NCBI GenBank assembly: GCA_963664225.1
Contig: OY760937.1
Span: 5,184,001-5,248,000, forward strand
DNA: 64,000 bases
Origin: Verrucomicrobiia bacterium
GTDB taxonomy: Bacteria; Verrucomicrobiota; Verrucomicrobiia; Limisphaerales; UBA1319
Reading direction: 5' to 3'
Shown: positions 8,455-17,859 of the stretch, in pieces
Numbering within the stretch: the stretch's first letter is position 1
Layout: each line of letters opens with the position of its first letter
Notes under the pieces: generated by a model
Database searches by the model: none
The model's input: the letters and a program-made list of their open reading frames with translations, nothing else
What the model was told of the DNA's origin: nothing
Position numbers and translations under genes: made by a program

Positions 8455-9579
8455 ATGATCAATTCACCTGAACTGCGGAAAAAATGTGCTCAAGAGCTTC
8501 TCAGCGCGATTGATCGCGCGGGTAAAATGGCGGCTTTCGTCGGCCTCGATGGATTTGTTGACGAGATCATCCACATGGTGGACAGCCGACAAAGCGCGAA
8601 AGCTTTCACACGGATTCCCACCATTACAAAATTGGCTGAACGGATTGCAGCGGCGGCCAACAAAAGCGCGAATATCGAGATGGTCACCAAAATGACCAAG
8701 CTCGGTGGCAATGGTCCGATCATGGCCAACGCCTTGAGCAGCTTTGGCATCAAGGTCACCTATGTCGGTGCCTTGGGCTTTCCAAACTTGCATCCGGTGT
8801 TCCAGGAGTTTGCGCGCAAGGCGGATGTGCATTCGATTTGCGAGGCGGCGCATACCGACGCCCTTGAATTCGAGGATGGCAAACTGATGCTTGGCAAGAT
8901 GACGCAGTTGAACGACGTCAATTGGGCCAATATCAAAGCGAACTATGGCGAGGCGAAGTTTGCGGATAAATTCAACAAGTGCGCCCTGGTGGGATTCGTG
9001 AACTGGACGATGATTCCCTACATGAGCGAAATATGGGAGGCGATGCAGAAGGAGTTGTGTCCCAAGCTGACCGGTCCGCGCCGGAAGATGTTCTTTGATC
9101 TGGCTGATCCCGAGAAGCGTTCCGCGAAGGAAATCGCGCGCGCGCTCAAATTGATGAAGGGATTTGAGAAGTATTTCGATTGCATCCTGGGTTTGAACGA
9201 GAAGGAAGGGTTTGAAATCGCCGAAGTGCTGGGCCTGGAAATGAAGGATCATTCGGCTGAAGGTATTGCGGCGCTCGCGGCGGAAATTCAGAAACAGGTG
9301 AAGATCAACACGGTTGTGATCCATCCCGTGGCTTTTGCCGCGGCCGCGAGCAAGGACGATGTGCAGGTGGTGAAAGGGCCGTTCTGCGCCAAGCCGTTGA
9401 TCAGCACCGGCGCGGGCGATCATTTTAACTCGGGCTTCTGCCTGGGCAAGATGCTCGGATTCGATAACGCCATGAGCTTGATGACGGGCGTGAGCACCAG
9501 CGGCTATTATGTGCGGACGGCCAAGAGCCCGAACATGAAGGAGTTGAGTGGCATGTTGACGAAATGGCCCAAGGAATAA
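8455..9579 (+). CDS. PfkB family carbohydrate kinase
   Basis: KLGGNGPIMA and C-terminal STGAGDHFNSGF motifs; start approximate. Confidence 0.8.
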   Translation: MINSPELRKKCAQELLSAIDRAGKMAAFVGLDGFVDEIIHMVDSRQSAKAFTRIPTITKLAERIAAAANKSANIEMVTKMTKLGGNGPIMANALSSFGIKVTYVGALGFPNLHPVFQEFARKADVHSICEAAHTDALEFEDGKLMLGKMTQLNDVNWANIKANYGEAKFADKFNKCALVGFVNWTMIPYMSEIWEAMQKELCPKLTGPRRKMFFDLADPEKRSAKEIARALKLMKGFEKYFDCILGLNEKEGFEIAEVLGLEMKDHSAEGIAALAAEIQKQVKINTVVIHPVAFAAAASKDDVQVVKGPFCAKPLISTGAGDHFNSGFCLGKMLGFDNAMSLMTGVSTSGYYVRTAKSPNMKELSGMLTKWPKE

Positions 9580-9605
9580 CGTTATCCAGACGGATGGTCT
9601 AAATG

Positions 9606-9635
9606 ACGGGCCGGAACGTTCTCCGGCCCGTTTTT
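9606..9635 (+). terminator. intrinsic terminator
   Basis: acgggccgga-acgttc-tccggcccgt followed by T run. Confidence 0.75.
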
Positions 9636-9799
9636 AATGTCCCGGGATGGTTTTATCTCGCCTTCAGGACATCAGGACGTTTGGACGTGTCTGTATTTGC
9701 CAGCGCGCTGAGGGTGGCTATATTGGTCTGGATTTGAGCGCGCATCGGCAATCCCATGGGTTGAGATGCGGCATTGGTTTTGTTAGACGGAATAAGAAA

Positions 9800-10369
9800 A
9801 TGATTTTACCGATAGTCAAATATGGACATCCCGTTCTGCGCAAGAAGGGTGCCAGAGTCGAGTCGCTGACACCGGATATTGTTCAGTTGATCACGGATAT
9901 GTACGAGACCATGGAGTCTGCCAAAGGCGTTGGCCTCGCCGCACAACAAGTGGGCCGCGCGCTGCAATTGGCGGTCATCGACGTGCGCGACATGGAGGAT
10001 CGTCCCTCCACGCTAAGCTTCAAAGGGGAGTCGGTGGATGTGGATGCATTCATGCCCATGGCATTGGTGAATCCGGAAATTCGACCATTGGGGGATTGCG
10101 TGGCCGGGCCGGAAGGCTGCCTGAGTTTCCCTGAAATTTATGCGGATGTGGTGCGCCCGGAGCGTATCGCAGTCAAAGCCCTGGATCAAAAGGGAAGGAC
10201 GCAGGAATTTGAATGCGGCGGTTTGCTGGCCCGCGCCATCCAGCACGAGTACGACCATCTACAGGGGATCCTGTTCATCGACCGAATGTCCACCCAGGAA
10301 AAAATGGGGATCAAGCCCGAATTGGACGATTTGCAGAGCGAAACAAAGGCGGAATTGGCCGCAAAATAG
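9800..10369 (+). CDS. def: peptide deformylase
   Basis: GVGLAAQQVG, EGCLS, HEYDHLQG motifs; ATG 9800 (MILPIVKYGHPVLR) preferred. Confidence 0.95.
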   Translation: MILPIVKYGHPVLRKKGARVESLTPDIVQLITDMYETMESAKGVGLAAQQVGRALQLAVIDVRDMEDRPSTLSFKGESVDVDAFMPMALVNPEIRPLGDCVAGPEGCLSFPEIYADVVRPERIAVKALDQKGRTQEFECGGLLARAIQHEYDHLQGILFIDRMSTQEKMGIKPELDDLQSETKAELAAK

Positions 10370-10414
10370 CTTAAAGCCCCAATAAAACGAATTGCGATGG
10401 GGATTCCCGATTTT

Positions 10415-10458
10415 ACGGGATTGTGGTCGTAATGGCCATAATCCCGTTTTGCTTTTTT
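10415..10458. terminator. terminator hairpin between convergent def and guaA
   Basis: acgggattgtggtc-gtaat-ggccataatcccgt then ttttgctttttt. Confidence 0.6.
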
Positions 10459-10566
10459 GACCACTGAGCTAGACAAGCGGCACAGGGGAAATTGGTCAGG
10501 GTACAATTCAGTTACAACCACGTTCCTGCAATGCATCGATAGGCACAGGGCAAAAAGCCCATGGGC

Positions 10567-12108
10567 TTATTCCCACTCGATGGTCGCCGGTGGTTTACTC
10601 GAAATGTCGAGGCAGACACGGTTGACGCCTTTAACCTCGTTGATGATGCGGTTGGAAATTTTTTCAAGCACATCGTAGGGGAGTTTGGCCCAGTCGGCGG
10701 TCATGCCGTCCTGGGATTCCACCGCCCTGACGGCTATGGTGTAATCATAGGTGCGTTCATCGCCCATTACGCCCACGCTGCGGACTGGCAACAAAACCGC
10801 GAAGCTTTGCCAGATCTTGTAATACAAGCCGGCGTTCTTGATTTCTTGCACAACTACAGAATCGGCGTTGCGCAGAATTTCCAGACGTCGGGCGGAGACT
10901 TCGCCCAGTATGCGAACCGCCAGACCGGGGCCGGGGAAAGGCTGGCGAAAAACGATCTCCTTGGGCAATCCCAGTTCCAAACCCAATTGGCGGACTTCAT
11001 CTTTGAAGAGACAGCGCAATGGCTCGACCAACTGCATCCTCATTTTCTTGGGTAGACCGCCCACGTTGTGGTGGCTCTTGATCATCGAGGCGGGATTGCC
11101 GGCAATGGGCACGGATTCGATGACGTCCGGATACAGGGTGCCTTGGGCCAGAAAGCGCGCTTTGCCCACTTTCTGAGTCGATTTCTGAAAAACATCAATG
11201 AAGGTGCCGCCAATGATTTTTCGTTTTCGCTCTGGATCGGTGACTCCTTTAAGTTTTCGCAAAAACAAGGCAGAGGCATTCTCGTACTTGAGGCGGATCT
11301 TGAAATTCCTGCCAAAAACCTCCTGAACCGTATCCGCCTCGTTGGCCCGTAAAAGGCCATTATTGACGAAAATGCAGGTCAATTGATCGCCGATGGCCTT
11401 GTGCAGCAATGCCGCAGCCACACTGGAATCCACACCGCCGCTCAAGCCCAGGATCACATGTTCCTTGCCCACCTGCGCGCGGATTTGTTCCACCGCCTGG
11501 TCCACATAATTGCGCATCGTCCAATCCCTGCCGCAGCCGCAGATGTCATGAACGAAATTGCTGATGATGACCGAGCCTTTCGGGGTATGGACCACTTCCG
11601 GATGGAACTGGAGTCCAAAAATGGATTTTTTCCGCTCTTCAATGGCGGCAAAATCGGAGTTTTCCGTGACGGCCACGGATTTGAAACCTTTGGGCAGCTT
11701 GGTAATCTTGTCGCCATGCGAATTCCAAACCTGAAGTTCACCGGGCAGATTTTGGAAGAGCACGCAGGCTGGATCGGTGATCTTGAGCTGTCCTTTGCCG
11801 TACTCGCGCTTGGTGCCGGACTCGACTTTGCCGCCCATGAATTGGGCGATCAATTGCAGCCCGTAGCAAATCCCCAAAATTGGAACGCCCAACTTGAAAA
11901 TGGCCGGGTCGGGCAGCGGCGCGCTCGCAGCATACACACTGGCTGGACCGCCGGACAGAATGATGCCGCGAGGCTTCAATTCAGCGATTTTTGCCGCCGG
12001 TGTGCTGAAGGGCAGTATGACGCAATACACGTTGCATTCCCGAATGCGACGGGCAATGACCTGCGTGTACTGCGATCCAAAATCCAATATGATTATCTGG
12101 TCGATCAT
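10567..12108 (-). CDS. guaA: GMP synthase (glutamine-hydrolysing)
   Basis: [46 protein letters not shown]. Confidence 0.98.
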   Translation of the reverse strand: MIDQIIILDFGSQYTQVIARRIRECNVYCVILPFSTPAAKIAELKPRGIILSGGPASVYAASAPLPDPAIFKLGVPILGICYGLQLIAQFMGGKVESGTKREYGKGQLKITDPACVLFQNLPGELQVWNSHGDKITKLPKGFKSVAVTENSDFAAIEERKKSIFGLQFHPEVVHTPKGSVIISNFVHDICGCGRDWTMRNYVDQAVEQIRAQVGKEHVILGLSGGVDSSVAAALLHKAIGDQLTCIFVNNGLLRANEADTVQEVFGRNFKIRLKYENASALFLRKLKGVTDPERKRKIIGGTFIDVFQKSTQKVGKARFLAQGTLYPDVIESVPIAGNPASMIKSHHNVGGLPKKMRMQLVEPLRCLFKDEVRQLGLELGLPKEIVFRQPFPGPGLAVRILGEVSARRLEILRNADSVVVQEIKNAGLYYKIWQSFAVLLPVRSVGVMGDERTYDYTIAVRAVESQDGMTADWAKLPYDVLEKISNRIINEVKGVNRVCLDISSKPPATIEWE

Positions 12109-12287
12109 TCGAAAGATTTACAAACCCTAATGGAGAACACAACAGTTTTGCCAGACCAAAATTCCGGGAGTAACGAATTTTGTCGATAAGCAAGCACCCC
12201 GAGGGAAGATGCTCGCAAAACGAGTCTTCGCCGATACGGCATCGCCTTCAAACGCCAGCCGGAATCATCAATGGACGATGCAAAAGA

Positions 12288-12650
12288 TTACTGCGTCTTC
12301 AGCACCTTTATAGCGCCTGTCTTGGGATCGTAATCATACTCCGTCCCGCGCGGCAGCTTTGGGAGTTCAGGCAGATAATGCTTGGCGATCAATTCGTTCA
12401 AATCCTTGGGGTAACGATCTTCCTGTGCATAAAAAAGATCGATATTCTTTCTGAGTGATGCTGTGTCGATAGTCTTTATGGCGACCTTCTGAGCCCGATT
12501 GATGGCTCCGAGATAATCGGCTGGCAGTGTTAAAGGGTTTCCAACTTCGGAAGTGGTATTTGTGGCGGGTGGTTTGGGGGTTTCCGCTTTTTTCCCGCAA
12601 CCCGTCATCGCCAACCCTGTGGCCACCAAAACGATCGCAAGTCTCTTCAT
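12288..12650 (-). CDS. small lipoprotein with GspG-like C-terminal segment
   Basis: MKRLAIVLVATGLAMTGC lipobox; IDLFYAQEDRYPKDLNELI...YDYDPKTG. Confidence 0.7.
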   Translation of the reverse strand: MKRLAIVLVATGLAMTGCGKKAETPKPPATNTTSEVGNPLTLPADYLGAINRAQKVAIKTIDTASLRKNIDLFYAQEDRYPKDLNELIAKHYLPELPKLPRGTEYDYDPKTGAIKVLKTQ

Positions 12651-12751
12651 GCGACAATCTATAGCAGATTCCATTGAATATCCAAGTCCTATCGGAACGC
12701 GCGGATTTTGCGCTTTTCAAGTCAAGTTCAAGATCGACGCTGATGACGCTT

Positions 12752-14359
12752 CTATTTTTCGCGCGCATCGAAGAGTCTCGAATCCTCCAGGTCCAGACGA
12801 TACATGACCTGGTTATAATCGTAGCGTGGTGTTGCTTCTGGGTTGCCGGAAAATTCCTTGGTGTATGTCCCTTCAAAGTAAATCACGCGGCCTTCCTCCT
12901 GGTCCAGGAAGGCATGGTGAATGGGATTATAGAAGGTGTAACGATCGTGGGTGACGATCTTTCTGGCTTTAAGCCATGGGCCGGTGGGCTGTTTTGCTTC
13001 CGCATACCAAACCTCGCCCAGAAAAGAAGTGCCGTCCTGCTGAACCGCGATGAGAATCCAACGTTGCCTCCATGGATTCCAGCGCACCGAGCCTCCGTGC
13101 ATGCGAATGGTTTTGCCCGAAACGGCATCGATTGGTGAAAAATGGGCCTCCTCGTTTTTCATCAGGCCGCTCTTAATCAATGCTCTTTCCTCGACAGGCC
13201 CGGTGGGTGGCGCGTTGGTGGTCCATCGATAAATCAATTGCCCGTTGGAGTCGCGCTGCAAATGTGCTTTTGCTGCATCTGAGGCGCTGCCCTCCGCAAG
13301 GCAGGTCCACGCTTCGTATGAACAGGGATTGACCATGCATTTGAGTTCGGCACGCACTCGGACATTGGGGAATGGCGTGCAGAAATAATAATAATCGCAG
13401 TCCTTTTCGCGGTGTTTGAAAACAGGTCCACGCGGACATTGCCAGGATTCCTCAATTTTGAATGCGGCATGGCGTTCAAATTCCTCCTTGTCGTCATTGT
13501 ATATGGCCAACCCATGTTCCAGCAAGGCTCCGAGTCCTTTTAATCGGGCAAAATGCGTGATCAGGCGTTCCCGACCCGTATCGTCAGCAACCGTGAGAAG
13601 ACCGTCGATCCAGACCACACCCTCCGGGGGTTCGAACGGGCAAATGCCTTTGGAAAAACCGTCCGCATTGCTGAAGTATTGGAAGTTAATGCCTGATGAG
13701 GGATCGAGACCACCAGACGCCGGCAAAAGAGACGTGGCGCCACTGGTTCGAAAGTTTCCCAAGGGATAACTCAGGCGGGCTGTATCGCCCCAAAACCAAT
13801 AGATCCGACCACGATAGAGTACGGATTGAACGCTATCCTGGCCGACAACCTGGGCGTTGAGCAAAGGTTGAGCCAATGGCGCGGATTCACCGACGAGCAC
13901 GCTATCCCGGTAAATCCCCGCGCCGGTGGTCCGATAGAGGCGTTCCGCAATGTTTACCCGTTTGATTTTTACGATGGTCTTTCCTCCAGGCTTGGTTTCA
14001 ACACGGGTTCCTACAATCCCAAAGCCGTCCGGCGCCAGTTCATAACCATGGCTGCGCACGGAGAAAAAGACCGTTTGATTCATTAAACCCGGTTCCTGAA
14101 ACGCAATGCGTCCGGCACTGTCGGTTACGTAACGAATGCGATCCACCGTATCCAATTCGACCAATGGAACCCCTCTGCCGGTTTGGGAATCCACGACCTG
14201 GATTTGATGGCAACCTTGCGCGGGGGAGGCAGCGTTTAAAAGTGGTTTTGTGCTAAAGAGTGCGACCGCAACGACCAAAGTTGCCAGGGCATGACGAACG
14301 CCCTGAGCGCCGCACAGGTTCATTAGGATTGAGCGTGGTGAAAACAAAAGGATGCGCAT
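12752..14359 (-). CDS. secreted hypothetical protein, probable beta-propeller
   Basis: 535-aa ORF with signal peptide; IYWFWGDT and YFEGTY repeats are typical of propeller blades; function unknown. Confidence 0.7.
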   Translation of the reverse strand: MRILLFSPRSILMNLCGAQGVRHALATLVVAVALFSTKPLLNAASPAQGCHQIQVVDSQTGRGVPLVELDTVDRIRYVTDSAGRIAFQEPGLMNQTVFFSVRSHGYELAPDGFGIVGTRVETKPGGKTIVKIKRVNIAERLYRTTGAGIYRDSVLVGESAPLAQPLLNAQVVGQDSVQSVLYRGRIYWFWGDTARLSYPLGNFRTSGATSLLPASGGLDPSSGINFQYFSNADGFSKGICPFEPPEGVVWIDGLLTVADDTGRERLITHFARLKGLGALLEHGLAIYNDDKEEFERHAAFKIEESWQCPRGPVFKHREKDCDYYYFCTPFPNVRVRAELKCMVNPCSYEAWTCLAEGSASDAAKAHLQRDSNGQLIYRWTTNAPPTGPVEERALIKSGLMKNEEAHFSPIDAVSGKTIRMHGGSVRWNPWRQRWILIAVQQDGTSFLGEVWYAEAKQPTGPWLKARKIVTHDRYTFYNPIHHAFLDQEEGRVIYFEGTYTKEFSGNPEATPRYDYNQVMYRLDLEDSRLFDAREK

Positions 14360-14534
14360 GACCTATTTTCTGCCTTCTTCAGAAAGAATTGTCACGGGAT
14401 AGTTGAAGGGATTTGGGAGGCGTCTTCGAGTGGATGCAATGGTTGTGTGGCTGCAAAATGTCCCTACAACATTATTGACTTTATTCTTGCATAATTCACT
14501 AGAACCAATATATTGGGTTAAACCCAACTGACTT

Positions 14535-16592
14535 ATGTATTTTGGAGTCGATTACTACCCTGAACATTGGACCTTCCCTTACGCAGGAACTCCTGAAGAA
14601 CCCGAGAGCCGTTGGGAAACGGACGCTCTTTTGATGGAGGAAGCGGGGATTAATGTGGTGAGGATGGGCGAATTTGCCTGGGGCATGTATGAGCCAAGCG
14701 AGGGCGATTTTCATTTCGATTGGATGCGGCGGGCCATGGACACGATGGGCAAGCACGGCATCAAGGTTGTTCTGGGCACTCCTACGGCCGCTCCGCCGTT
14801 GTGGCTAACACAACGTCATCCTGAAATTCTTCCGGTGGATTATCGAGGCATTGTGAAGCATGCGGGCAGCCGCCGTGCGTATTGCTTCAATTGTGATGTC
14901 TATTGGGTTTATTGCCAGAGGATTATTCGGGCTATGGCAGGGGAATTGGGAGACCATCCCCAATTGATAGGTTGGCAGATTGACAATGGTCTGGCCGGGC
15001 ATAATACGCATGCCTCATTCAATGAGGAAACCTGCCGTGACTGGCAGTCGTGGCTAAAGTCCAAATATGGAAGCATCGACAAATTGAACGATGCCATGGG
15101 ATTGCGGTTTTGGGGGCAGTTGGTCACCGATTGGTCGCAAGTGCCCATGCCGCGCGAAGCGCCAACCTGGCACAATCCGGCGTTGATGACTGATTGGATG
15201 CGGTTTTCCAGCGATACGATTGTGGCTTTTGTGAAGATGCAGGCGGATTTGTTGCACGAATTAACACCGAAGTGCCCTGTCACAAGCAATTTACGTGCAT
15301 TATCAAGGCCTTTCGATCATTTCGATGTGGCCGAGGTTCTGGATTTCGTTGCGTTGGACAGCAACGCCACCGTCAAATCACGATCTTCCGAGATCGCCTG
15401 TGAAATGGACATGATGCGTTCTTTGAAGAAAACAAATGTGCGTACCCCGGACGGAGAGCCGGGCTTTTGGGTGATTGAACAAAAGGCGGGCAACGTGGAC
15501 TGGCAAGAGGTGAATTCCCTGGTGCGTCCCGGTGTTGTTCGAATGTTTACCTATCAACTGCTGTCACGCGGCGCCAGTGGGGTATTATATTTTTTATGGC
15601 GTCAGCCGCGCATCGGATCGGAAAAATTTTATGGAGGCGTTCTAACCCATGACGGCAGGGGCGATAATCATACTTACAAGGAAATATGCCAGATAGGTGA
15701 GGAAATGAAGCTTCTGGCCCCGGCGATCAAGGGAACCGAAGTGGTGGCTGACGCCTGCATATTGATTTCTCACGAAAACGAGTGGGTGATGGAATATGGC
15801 TGGCAGCCAACCAAGGAGTTCAAGCTGAGAGACCATATTCAGATGTATTATAATGCACTGCACGATCGGAATATCTCGGTGGATTTTGCACGGCCAACGG
15901 AAGATATTTCCAAGTATAAACTGGTGATTGCGCCTTCGCTTCACATGCTGGCGGGCGGTGAAGCCGATTTGCTCAAGCTCTATGTGCAGAATGGAGGAAC
16001 ACTGATCAGCACTTGCAACACGGGCCTGGTCGATGAGCATGTGATGGCACCGGATTCGGGTTATCCTCACGATCTGACGGATGTGTTTGGTCTCGAGGTT
16101 CTGGAATTTGATCTTTTACCTCCAGGGGAGGAGAATAATCTGGCGTTCAAGGGAACTTTTCCCACCAGCCATCTGCATCCCGCCCGGATATGGTGCGATA
16201 TCATTGAGCCGCGTGAATGCCAGGTTTTGGCGACTTATTCGAAGGATTTCTATGCGGGCAAACCGGCCATTACAATCAACACCTTTGGACTGGGGCGCGC
16301 GATTTATGTGGGGACAGTCAGCCATCAAGCGTTCTATTACGATTTGGCGATGTGGTTACGTCAACTATGCGGTCTTTTTCCCCTGCTGAAAGTTCCTGAT
16401 ACGGTCGAAGTCTGCATGCGCCAAAAAGATGACGCGAAAATATATTTCCTCATTAACCATCAGAATTCTCACGTCCGAATCCAGTTTTACAAGCCAATGC
16501 ACGATTTTTTGACCGGAAACACCTTTTCCGGCAATTACGATCTGCCACCCCATGGTGTTCTGGTTCTGGACGAGCGCTATGCCAAAGTATAA
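14535..16592 (+). CDS. GH42 beta-galactosidase-like protein
   Basis: GVDYYPEHW, VRMGEFAW, GTPTAAPPLWL, FWVIEQKAG nucleophile motif, trimerisation domain; acid/base Glu appears replaced (see findings). Confidence 0.88.
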   Translation: MYFGVDYYPEHWTFPYAGTPEEPESRWETDALLMEEAGINVVRMGEFAWGMYEPSEGDFHFDWMRRAMDTMGKHGIKVVLGTPTAAPPLWLTQRHPEILPVDYRGIVKHAGSRRAYCFNCDVYWVYCQRIIRAMAGELGDHPQLIGWQIDNGLAGHNTHASFNEETCRDWQSWLKSKYGSIDKLNDAMGLRFWGQLVTDWSQVPMPREAPTWHNPALMTDWMRFSSDTIVAFVKMQADLLHELTPKCPVTSNLRALSRPFDHFDVAEVLDFVALDSNATVKSRSSEIACEMDMMRSLKKTNVRTPDGEPGFWVIEQKAGNVDWQEVNSLVRPGVVRMFTYQLLSRGASGVLYFLWRQPRIGSEKFYGGVLTHDGRGDNHTYKEICQIGEEMKLLAPAIKGTEVVADACILISHENEWVMEYGWQPTKEFKLRDHIQMYYNALHDRNISVDFARPTEDISKYKLVIAPSLHMLAGGEADLLKLYVQNGGTLISTCNTGLVDEHVMAPDSGYPHDLTDVFGLEVLEFDLLPPGEENNLAFKGTFPTSHLHPARIWCDIIEPRECQVLATYSKDFYAGKPAITINTFGLGRAIYVGTVSHQAFYYDLAMWLRQLCGLFPLLKVPDTVEVCMRQKDDAKIYFLINHQNSHVRIQFYKPMHDFLTGNTFSGNYDLPPHGVLVLDERYAKV

Positions 16593-16604
16593 TTTGAGCC
16601 GGTA

Positions 16605-17012
16605 ATGGCTTGGAAACCGGGATTCGATAGTCAACCGTTTGTGCCAGCCCGCTCACCTCTTCAAAGAGTCATGGCGGAATGGCGGGGTGTGGATTTAAGA
16701 CCGTTGGAAGTCGCGCACCAGGACGCGGCCCAGCCGATCCACCAAACGCTGGCAGGTGTATTGAAAAACCTTAAACTGGACCAGCGTCGCTCCGACGCGG
16801 AAGTGCTCAAGGTTTGGAATCATTCGATGGCGCCCGATGTGGTCTCCCATGCGCAGCCGGCCGGTCTTTTTAAAGGCACACTGTTCATCAATGTGGACAG
16901 CAGCGTCTGGTTGGGCGAAATCGTGCGTTACCGGCGTCGTGAAATCCTCCAGCGTTTGCAACACAGTTTTGGGAAGGACTTGATCGAGCGCATCTCGTTC
17001 CGCATCGGATGA
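16605..17012 (+). CDS. DUF721/DciA family protein
   Basis: W...V..HAQP..L..GTL.I.VDSSVWL.E...IERISFRIG pattern. Confidence 0.8.
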   Translation: MAWKPGFDSQPFVPARSPLQRVMAEWRGVDLRPLEVAHQDAAQPIHQTLAGVLKNLKLDQRRSDAEVLKVWNHSMAPDVVSHAQPAGLFKGTLFINVDSSVWLGEIVRYRRREILQRLQHSFGKDLIERISFRIG

Positions 17013-17031
17013 CCTCAGTTAAGGGATCCTT

Positions 17032-17859
17032 TCAGTCATTTGAACTGTTGCGGCTGATGAGTCCAAATTCGGTTCGTTTGATCCATCCTGCAAAGTCATT
17101 GCCTGCCCTGATATAGAGGTAGTTGCCACGGGCCGTTTCGAGGCGCGCGATTTCGCCGGCTTGAAGTTTGCCAAGAATTTGGGCCTCACGAGTGGGGGTC
17201 AAACGCAGCGGGGTCTGATCTGTGAGAATCACGCCCAACGAGGAGCGGGTATGGATGCCTGCCAGGGCTGGAATGCAGATGAAAAAAACTGCGAAAGCTC
17301 CTGCAGCCACTCCTTGAAGCCAGTCCGTCCGACGTTTGCGCAAATTCCCAGGAAGCATCACCATCGCCAATCCGCCCCAAAAACTGATCATGGCAAGCCA
17401 TGCCCACGCGCGGGATGACAGCCAGGTGGAACAAATCTCATACCAGGACAGATTGGGCGCTTCAAGGTGAGCGGTTTTGCGGGCGAAACGGAGATTGGCT
17501 AGGGTGTTTGCATTGAAGGGTTCCAACCAATTGGCGCGTTCCCAGGCAAGAATGGCAGGACCGTTACGCCCACATTTCCAGTCCGCATTGCCGAGATTAT
17601 GAAGGACGCCTGAAGCCGGGGCATTCGATAAAACGGTCTGAAACGTTCGGGCTGCGGACTCGTAGTCGCCATTGATATAGGCTTGAAGGCCGTCTTGAAA
17701 AAAGGCGTCGGGTGGTTTGGCCCAAAGACAATTTTCAGTATAAACACCAAGAAGGACCAGGAGGATGGCCGAAAACCAAACGTCCCATGAACGGGTTCGG
17801 GAGCACTCCAGATTCTGGGTCTTTAAATCCATCAGTTTTGGTTGGAGTGTGATGGTCAT
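17032..17859 (-). CDS. BatE-like TPR/SH3 membrane protein
   Basis: TPR (HNLGNADWK...AILAWERA...ANLRFAR), two TM, SH3-like tail (GWI); ATG 17859 overlaps the upstream stop. Confidence 0.75.
   Translation of the reverse strand: MTITLQPKLMDLKTQNLECSRTRSWDVWFSAILLVLLGVYTENCLWAKPPDAFFQDGLQAYINGDYESAARTFQTVLSNAPASGVLHNLGNADWKCGRNGPAILAWERANWLEPFNANTLANLRFARKTAHLEAPNLSWYEICSTWLSSRAWAWLAMISFWGGLAMVMLPGNLRKRRTDWLQGVAAGAFAVFFICIPALAGIHTRSSLGVILTDQTPLRLTPTREAQILGKLQAGEIARLETARGNYLYIRAGNDFAGWIKRTEFGLISRNSSND

Noticed and set aside
8464..9423. 319-aa - strand ORF
   Set aside because: Antisense to the PfkB kinase.
11383..12189. 268-aa + strand ORF
   Set aside because: Antisense to guaA.
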